From the human T2T-CHM13v2.0 reference genome, Homo sapiens: DNA of 64,000 bases. The notes below the pieces were generated by a model. It was not told the DNA's origin and made no database searches. It worked only from the letters and a program-made list of their open reading frames with translations. The position numbers and the translations under genes were made by a program. The stretch lies in NCBI RefSeq assembly GCF_009914755.1, contig NC_060926.1; one strand, given 5' to 3'. Shown here piece by piece: positions 53,845 through 64,000 of this stretch; the stretch's first letter is position 1, and every line of letters begins with the position of its first letter.

Positions 53845-54107
53845 TATATTAGTCCATTTTCACACTGCTGATAAATACATATCTGAGACTGAGAAGAAAA
53901 AGAGGTTTAATTGGACTTACAGTTCCACATGTCTGGGAGGCCTCAGAATCATGGCAGGAGGCGAAAAGGACTTCTTACATGGTGGTGGCAAGAGAAAATT
54001 AGAGAGATGCAAAAGTGGAATCCCTTGATAAAACCATCAGATCTTGTGAGACTTATTCATTACCAAGAGAAAAGTGTGGGGGAACCACCCCTATGATTCA
54101 AATTATC
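53845..54107 (-). mobile_element. THE1A-like LTR missing its 5' ~90 bp
   Basis: tattagtccattttcacactgctgataaa...aaaaccatcagatcttgtgagac; stops at atgattcaaattatc. Confidence 0.9.
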
Positions 54108-56079
54108 AATTTATCAAATAAATAAAATGTTTGGAAAAAAATTAAATTGCCAAGCTAACTAGATAGTACTGCAATTCTTGAAATATAAAATAGAAATTAA
54201 TATCACTAACATATTAAAGCTTAACATTTTATAAACTATTTGAGAACAATAAATATGCTCATAATACAAAAGAAGTAATTTGATTATCCTTGCTTAAACT
54301 AAAACAAAAACCACAAAAAATTGTACTTTTGCAAATTCAGCTGAGGCAACTATTTTTGTTGAGAGAATTTGTTATTCAGCCTTCTCAATGAAATGTTTTC
54401 CCTTACTCATCATCTGACAGAATTTCGACTCATGCATTTGCCAGGTCACCTTTAAGTTGTGCCAGTGAATATTAGTGGGGTGTCAGATAGTCACACACTT
54501 TCTATATGCAACAATCGTATTGTGTAAGAAAGCTAAGGCATATAAACATGAAACACTGACTACAACTTTGTAACATGTAGGCTCTGAAAAGGATATTAAC
54601 AGCCTGATGTGCAATCCATACACTCAGACTAAAAGATTCTCACTAAAGTAGAAATTAAACTGTAGTGAAGAACATTGAAAGGAATCAGTGTTGCTTAAAC
54701 AAATGAGGGAAATTTCTTTTTGTGAGTGTTCTGGGGGAATAGGTGTGAGAAAGCTGTCTTCAGATAGCCCTTCCCTGTATTCTCTAGAAAATCTCTGTGG
54801 CCCAGTAGTTAAAATGGAAACAAACAGGGAAACCATCATTACAGCAATACAGGAAGAATAATTAAATTATAACAATAATTTTAAAGAAAAATACACTTAT
54901 CTGTCACATTTTATTTTGTCTATAAAGTTTCTTACATTACCTTCAGCATTGTCCAAGGATGGCATTTTCTACTTTGGGCTATGATGGATGAATTGCTGCC
55001 AATTGGGTATGTTACCATACTGACTTAATGACCACTTGGCAAATGTATTTCTGAGAAAAATCTAATAATTAGCATAAGAAGAGTGGTGGGGCAACATTTA
55101 TTTTAGAACATATTACAAGCTCTGTACTTCATAATGGTATATAGTTGAATAGGGATTTTTTTGCATTATTTGCATAATTTTAAAGGTTTCCTCTTAACAT
55201 ATGACAGTTCTTTTGAAGAATGCTTCTAATTCTAGATTATCTAGAAATAATATGTGATGAGTCTTTGCACTTTCCATTCATATTGCATATAATGCTTCTA
55301 AAAAAATGGGCGGCCGTATGTTATAATTTCTTCTTCTGTAAGGAAAAGGAATGCATATGACTCATAGCAGTTATAAAGGTTGAATTACTAATTCTGAAAT
55401 TTCAAACCATAGTTAAATTAACATTTTTGATGTGAAAGTCAGATTGTGATGCAATTAATGTTAAATGAGGTTTTAAAGGGCTTAAACCTTAGAACTCAGG
55501 AGTCTGTACCAAAAAAAACAAAACTTCTGATTTTTTTAATTTAAAAATTCAATAAAATTTTGTGGCAATTATTTTGAAATTTCTAACATAATTCTTAAAT
55601 AATAGAATCACTTATCATTGTGTTTTCCATTACATTTTTTTGTGTAATGTCATGGTAACACAAAACTTTTCTTTGAGATTTTCATACATTATAATTTTAA
55701 GATTTTAAGATTTCTCAAAGACCAAAAATCTGATCTGTCACACTTTATTTTATCTGGAAAACTTTAAATGCAATTTTTCTGTTTTCAGGGATTAAATTAA
55801 CTTTGAGTTGCATTTTTGGATTTATAATTTAGGTTATTCCAATTCAACAGTTTAATTAAATTAGATCATTTTTCCTTCTTTAGAAAAATGTCAAGATACT
55901 ATAATTCACACACAGAAAGCATTACAAGTAGTTTAATATAAAAATAAAGATGTGATGTTGCTCACGTAGTGTTTTTAAAAATTCTCCTTCTGTTCAATTA
56001 TTTTTCTCTAAATATTCATTATGTGATTATAAAAGCTGCCATATTTTAGGGGAATATAACAAATTCTTACATTTCACTG

Positions 56080-56285
56080 GCTAATTTAGATTGGAAAATT
56101 TAGAGCTAGGCAACTATTTTGTGTACAAGCTTTGTAAATTCAAGTCTCAGCTTTCTTGTATATGAAATATGAGATACAACAGTGCATTCTTTAAATGTTG
56201 TTCTAAGAAATAATTAAGAAAGCATATGTAAATGCTAGGCATTATATCGTATGCTAACATTTTATTGAATATTCAATTAACTTAC
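56080..56285 (+). mobile_element. MIR, diverged
   Basis: agtctcagctttcttgtatatgaaatatgagata...gttgttctaaga...gcatatgtaaatgct. Confidence 0.6.
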
Positions 56286-56956
56286 TAACTTCAAATTTAC
56301 TTTACACTAATGAAATTGGCAAACATGGGAAGATAGATAGTCTAAATTGCATTTACTTAGGTGAGCAACAGGAGCTCTCTTGAGATAGTGGTGGGAGAAA
56401 AAGAGCTTGTATGCATTCTAAAGAGCAATCTGGTAACATTCTGTGAAATTAAGTACCTGTGTCTCATTGCCCTGTTATTCTGATCATGTGAAACTTTCAC
56501 CTGGGCTTCTAAAAAACCCTGCATTAGGAAGGTCACTGTGGCATTTAGGGAATAAAGGAGTTTGAGGCTGCCTAGGTGTATATAACTGAAGAAACCAATA
56601 CAAAATATTTATTGCATGAGAAGTATATAGTACAATGCAATAGTCTGAAAAAATAAACTAAATATTAATAATATTCAACATCATTTTGAGATTTTCAATG
56701 TCTGTATGAGGACACATGAGCACTGTTTTGTAATATCTCTTATAGTGCATTGTGTTGAAAAACAGCTAGCTGACATTCCATTGTAACTTTGAGGCACTTT
56801 ATTTATTATGTTGCATGTAATATTCATGTAATCTTCAAAACAACTCACATTTAACAGTATGTAAACTGAAATGCAATAAAGGTAAAATAACTTACACAAG
56901 TCCTATACCTAATAAATAGTAAGGTCAAAATTGATATAATGATTTATTTGATTCAG

Positions 56957-57250
<294 letters not shown>

Positions 57251-57609
57251 TGATCTATTTGATTCAAAAGTCCATGTTCTTAACAGCCAAGAATTCCTTT
57301 GGCCTATTAATTTCTGCAAGAAACATTATATAGATCCTTTGTTCAGAATATGAGGCATATGTAACACAAAGTGTATCAGTCATTGTCTGATCCGCAGGGA
57401 ATATCAGAGAGTCATTCAGACCCAAGTATGGCTAAAAATTTATTTGTTTCTGATTTCAGAAAATTAATAGTAAGAAATATAATTGCTAAAGGAAATAATG
57501 TATGTAATTCCAGATTTCCACATTGGCTTTTTGCACAAAAACTGAGAAAATAAATTTTAATAATTAGGTTTCATGGTTAGCTTATAGAAAATAAATAATT
57601 GTCTCCTTG

Positions 57610-58600
57610 TCTACAGTTGCTTTGAAAATCCAGAAATATTTACTACCACTACCCCTAGAACTCCACAGGAAAGGTATACTTCCTTGTCTTATTGCTACTG
57701 AACTTAATATGTAACTTGCTTTGGCCAATGGAATACTAGGGCTTGTGATGTGACTGGTGAATTGAATGTACTAGTTCAATTGGATTAGTAGTCTTGAATT
57801 CCTGCCTTTCCCGATAAGAATATGGCTTAGATATTCACTGGTGTTAGTATTTAAGGCACCTGGAGCATTCTTGATCCAAACTTACAGTCTGAGACAAGGT
57901 TAAGTCCAGATTATATCAACTAAATGCTAGCTAACACACAGATGTGTATGCAAAAAGAAAATGAACAATTAAATGATCATTGTTGTATGTTGCAGAATTT
58001 TTGAGATGAATTCCTTATATAATATTTGTGAGACAATGCAAAATAATTCATAATTTGGTGCAAGGTATGGGGTAAAATGTATGTGACATTGTCTTGATAA
58101 CTGGCATCAGAAAACCGTTATAGGAGATCAGAAAAATGCTAATGGATGTCAAACGGTAGCGAAACATTTAGTAAAAGTTGAAATAGTGGACACTTACTTA
58201 ATGAACTTGTAGTGTTAGTAGTAATTCTTGGTCAAATATTAAAAGTGTAACTGGTTTATGTAATAGCAAAACAGGAAACAGAGTCTAAAAAGAATTTGCC
58301 AGTTTATAAGCAGAATTTAGAGGAAATATGGATAGACTAAAAATTCAGAGGTGGAAAATAAAACTATTTCTCAACAAGTCAAATTTCTGGCTATGAAGAG
58401 AAAGTTTCATACGAATACAAAATCAACAGTATGGCTGTGACACCCTTTTCTAAGACCTCTGAAGGTGTGTAGTGGATCTTTCTAGCTCCACAAAAGAGCT
58501 TCTAAAAAGCTTGAGGACATTGTGCTGTAGAATCTTGATATGACAAAATTCTGTATAATTAAGTCTAGAGGACAGATTATCGAGAGAGAAAGAGTGAGAG
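57610..58600 (+). mobile_element. Old MLT1H/I/J-like LTR plus internal remnant
   Basis: atgtaacttgctttggccaatggaat motif; internal-like atttggtgcaaggtatgggg from ~58053. Confidence 0.55.
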
Positions 58601-58722
58601 AAAGATCACAATACTTGATTGTAGCATAAGAAGAAGAAAATATGTATTAAAGAGAGTAGAGCAGATAGTTTTAAGTACGCACATCATCCTTTCCCCAACT
58701 CCAGGCAGTGCAACATAGAGAG

Positions 58723-59085
58723 TGTATTAGTCCATTTTCATGCTGCTGATAAAGACATACCCAGGACTGGGCAATTTACAAAAGAAAGAGGTTTAGTGGA
58801 CTCACAGTTCCACATGGCTGGGGAGAACCTCATAATTATGATGGAAGGCAAAATGCACATCTCACATGGTGGCTGGCAAGAGAAGAAAATGAGATCCAAA
58901 TGAAAGGGGTCTCCTCTTATAAAACCATCAGATCTCATGGGACTTATTCACTACCATGAGAACAGTATGAGGGAACCTGCCCCATGATTCAATTATCTCC
59001 CACTGGGTCCCTCTCACAACATAAGTGAATTATGGAGCTACAATTCAAGATGAGATTTGGGTGGGGACACAGCCAAACAATATCA
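58723..59085 (-). mobile_element. THE1B-like solo LTR with perfect 5 bp TSD
   Basis: tgtattagtcc...ggggacacagccaaacaatatca; GAGAG at 58718-58722 and 59086-59090. Confidence 0.95.
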
Positions 59086-60307
59086 GAGAGAGACCCATTT
59101 GCTTGAGGGAAAAAGAAGGAAGTGAGCATAGGACTTTGCTTTGGTACCAAACACTGGGCCCACCACAGTAAAATCCAGTGCCAGGCAGACCCCTACAGTT
59201 CCAGAATCCAGACAGGTACCCATAAACAGAGTTTCCTGTGCTTCTCCACCATCAGGTGAGAACCCATAGTCCCTGCAAAATGGACTCAATCTTTGGCCCA
59301 AATCCTCACCAACTGACTGCAGTGGACTTGGGTTCCAGACAAACCTCAGCAACAGGCAAGCTTCAAAGGATTTGCATGCACCCCAGTGCTACATGAGCTT
59401 TGGGGGCCACAGGATTACAACCCTGGGCTACTCCAGATGCAGTGATCATGGGCTTAGTGCTCCCGCTAGCACTGCAACAGCTGCTGTGGTCACAAGCTTA
59501 GAGATCACACCAGACAACCTGCCCAGAATCTGTGCACAGGCTTACTGTTAACGGTAATTACCAGACAAAGCTAAACTGTAAAAACTGGAATAATTACCTA
59601 CTTCTCCAATGAACAGACATAGATGCACAATGACAAGAATCAAGAACAGTGAGGCAAACATGAACATAAACAAATGAACAAAATAAAGTGGCAGTGACTG
59701 ACCCAAAATAAATGGAGATGTATAAACTTCTTGACAAATAATTCAAAATTGCTGTGTTAGGGAAGCTCAGCAAACCTCAAGAGAATATAGATAAAATATT
59801 TAACAAATAAGAAAAACAAGGAAGAGATCAGAACAAGAAATTTAATAGAGAATTGGAGTTTTACAAAAATAAATTCTGGTGCTGAAAAATGCAATGAACA
59901 GAATGAAAAATGCAATAGATGGCATCAACAGAAGTACAGATTAAAGAGAAGAATTTGTTGAATACAGGTTATTTGAAAATATAGTCAGAGAAGAAAAGAA
60001 ATTAAGGATAAAGGGAAATAAAGAAAGGGTATGAGATATATGAGATACCACCAAAAGGGGTAATATTTGCATTATTGGAGTGTAAGAGATAATAAAGAAA
60101 GACAGTGGTAGAAACGTCATTAAAAAAAACAATAGCAGAAAACTTTTCAAACCTGCAAAAAGACATAAATATAAAGGTACAGGAAGGTCAAAGGTCACCA
60201 ATCAAATTCAATACAAATAAAACTACCCAAGACATATTATAATCAAATTGTCCAAGATCAAATAGAAAGAGGATTCTGAAAGCAGTCAGAAAAAAGAAAC
60301 AGCATAC

Positions 60308-62121
<1,814 letters not shown>

Positions 62122-62489
62122 AAGAAACAACATATAAAGTAATTCCAATATACCTTGCAGCAGACTTCCCAGCAGAAACCTTACAGGCTAAGAGGGAGTG
62201 GAATGATAAATTCAAAGTGCTGAAGCATAAAGCCTGCCAATCAAGAATACTGTATCCAGATGCTAAAGAGCAACCCAAAACATCTCATCTGAAAGTACAA
62301 AACTCACTGATAAAAGTAAATACACAGTGAAATTTAGAATTTTCTAAGTCTATAATGGTGGTATGTAAATCACAGAACTTTAGTGTGAAGGATAAAAACA
62401 AAACTATTAAAACATAAAAACTACAAAAACTTGTTAAGGAATATGCAATAGAAAAACAATGTAAATTGTTACATCAAAAATTCAAAACA

Positions 62490-62508
62490 GACTGGGTGTG
62501 GTGGCTCA
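62490..62508 (+). mobile_element. 19 bp Alu 5' stub
   Basis: gactgggtgtggtggctca resembles GGCCGGGCGCGGTGGCTCA with CpG decay; preceded by an A-rich site. Confidence 0.65.
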
Positions 62509-63820
62509 GAAACCTGATAAAAACAAGCTATGGGTAAACGATTCCCTATTCAATAAATGGTTCCGGGATAACCTGCTATCCATATACATCCATATACAGA
62601 AAATTAAAAATGGATCTCTTTCTTACACATTATATAACAATTAACTCAAGATGGATTAAAGACTTAAATGTAAAACCCAAAGCTATAAAAACAGTAGAAA
62701 AAAAAAAACCTATGTAAGACCGTTCAGGACATAGGCTTAATCAAAGATTTCATGACTAATATGCCAAAAGCAATCGCAACAAAAAGAAAATTGACAAATG
62801 AGACCTAATTACAGTTTCCACATAGTGAAAAAATCTATAAACAAAATAAACAGACAACCTACAACATGGGAGACAATTTTTGCAAACTATGCATCTGACA
62901 AAGGTCTAATATCCAGCATCTATAAGGAACTTAAACAAATGTACAAAAAAAAAAAACCAACCCCATTAAAAAGTGGGCAAAGTACATAGACACTTCTCAA
63001 AAAAAAAAAAAAAAAAAAAAGACATACACGTGGCCAACAATCATATGAAAAAAATTCAACATCACTGATTATTAGAGAAACACAAATCAAAACCACAATG
63101 AGATACCATCTCACACCAGTCAGAATCGCTGTTATTAAAAAACCAAAAAAATAACAGATGCTGATGAGGTTTTGGAGAAAAGGGAATCCTTTTACACCAT
63201 TGGTGGGAGTGTAAATTAGTTCTACTATTGTGGAAGACAGTTCCTCAAAGACCTAAAGACGGAAATACCATTTGACCAGCAATCCCATTACTGGCTGTAT
63301 AACTAATGGAATATAACTTTATTTTATTATAAAGACACATGCATGGGAATATTCACTGCAGCACTATTCACAATACCAAAGACATGGAATCAACCTAAAT
63401 GCCCATCAATAATAGACTGAATAAAGAAAATGTAGTACAAATACAACACAGAACACTATGCAGCCACAAAAAAGAATGAGATCATCTCCTTTGCAGGAAC
63501 ATGGATAGGGCTGGTGGCCATTAGCCTTAGCAAATTAATGCAGGAACAGAAAACCAAATACCACATATTCTCACTTGTAAGTGGGAGCTAAATAATGAGA
63601 ACACGTGTACACATAGAGAGAAACAACACACACAGAAACCTATTGGAGGGTGGAGGGTGGGAGGAGAGAAAGGATCACGAAAAATAACTAACAGGTATTA
63701 CTAAATACCTGTGTGATGAAATGATCTGTACAACACCCCCATGACACAATTTTGCCTATATAAGAAACCTCACATGTAACCCAAAATTTAAAATAAAAGT
63801 TAATAAATAAGTAAATAAGT
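62509..63820 (+). mobile_element. L1PA12-14-like 3' portion
   Basis: ORF2 3' region ([23 protein letters not shown]) and 3'UTR ggagggtggagggtgggagg...aaaataaaagttaa. Confidence 0.92.
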
Positions 63821-64000
63821 AATCTCCAACTCTACAACACTAGGAGATTCTTCCAATTTTAAAATGGGATAAGGAAATAAAAATTACCATTACACATTTT
63901 ATTTTAAATTTTAAGTATCATACCAGAAAATATTTAAAAATATTTATGCACCTTATTTAATGTATTACATTGTTAAATAGCATTAAGTTATTTAACAATT

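Overview
AT-rich, gene-poor primate (most likely human/hominoid) genomic DNA. I can support no protein-coding gene, tRNA, rRNA or CRISPR array. The ORFs with recognisable products are broken LINE-1 ORF2 fragments; the rest lie inside repeats (Alu, LTR, Tigger) or look like chance ORFs. The window is dominated by transposable elements: AluY and AluS, L1PA and old L1M, MaLR LTRs (THE1, MST, MLT1, including a near-complete MLT1A provirus), a solo LTR12/ERV9, an ERV1 LTR, a full-length Tigger1, MER44, MER2, MER30, MER81, MADE1, MIR and L2. I found no previously undescribed biological system. The most notable structures are: (1) a ~170 bp young L1 insertion combining a twin-priming 5' inversion with a 3' transduction between perfect 15 bp TSDs (47904-48104); (2) a MADE1 hairpin with two symmetric, pairing-preserving substitutions (miR-548-like); (3) two further 5'-inverted L1s, one apparently ancient; (4) a close inverted AluY pair; (5) an Alu-head/L1 fusion; (6) an LTR12 promoter with intact core motifs. 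Subfamily names come from my recollection of consensus sequences and need RepeatMasker/Dfam confirmation. Boundaries of old repeats are approximate.
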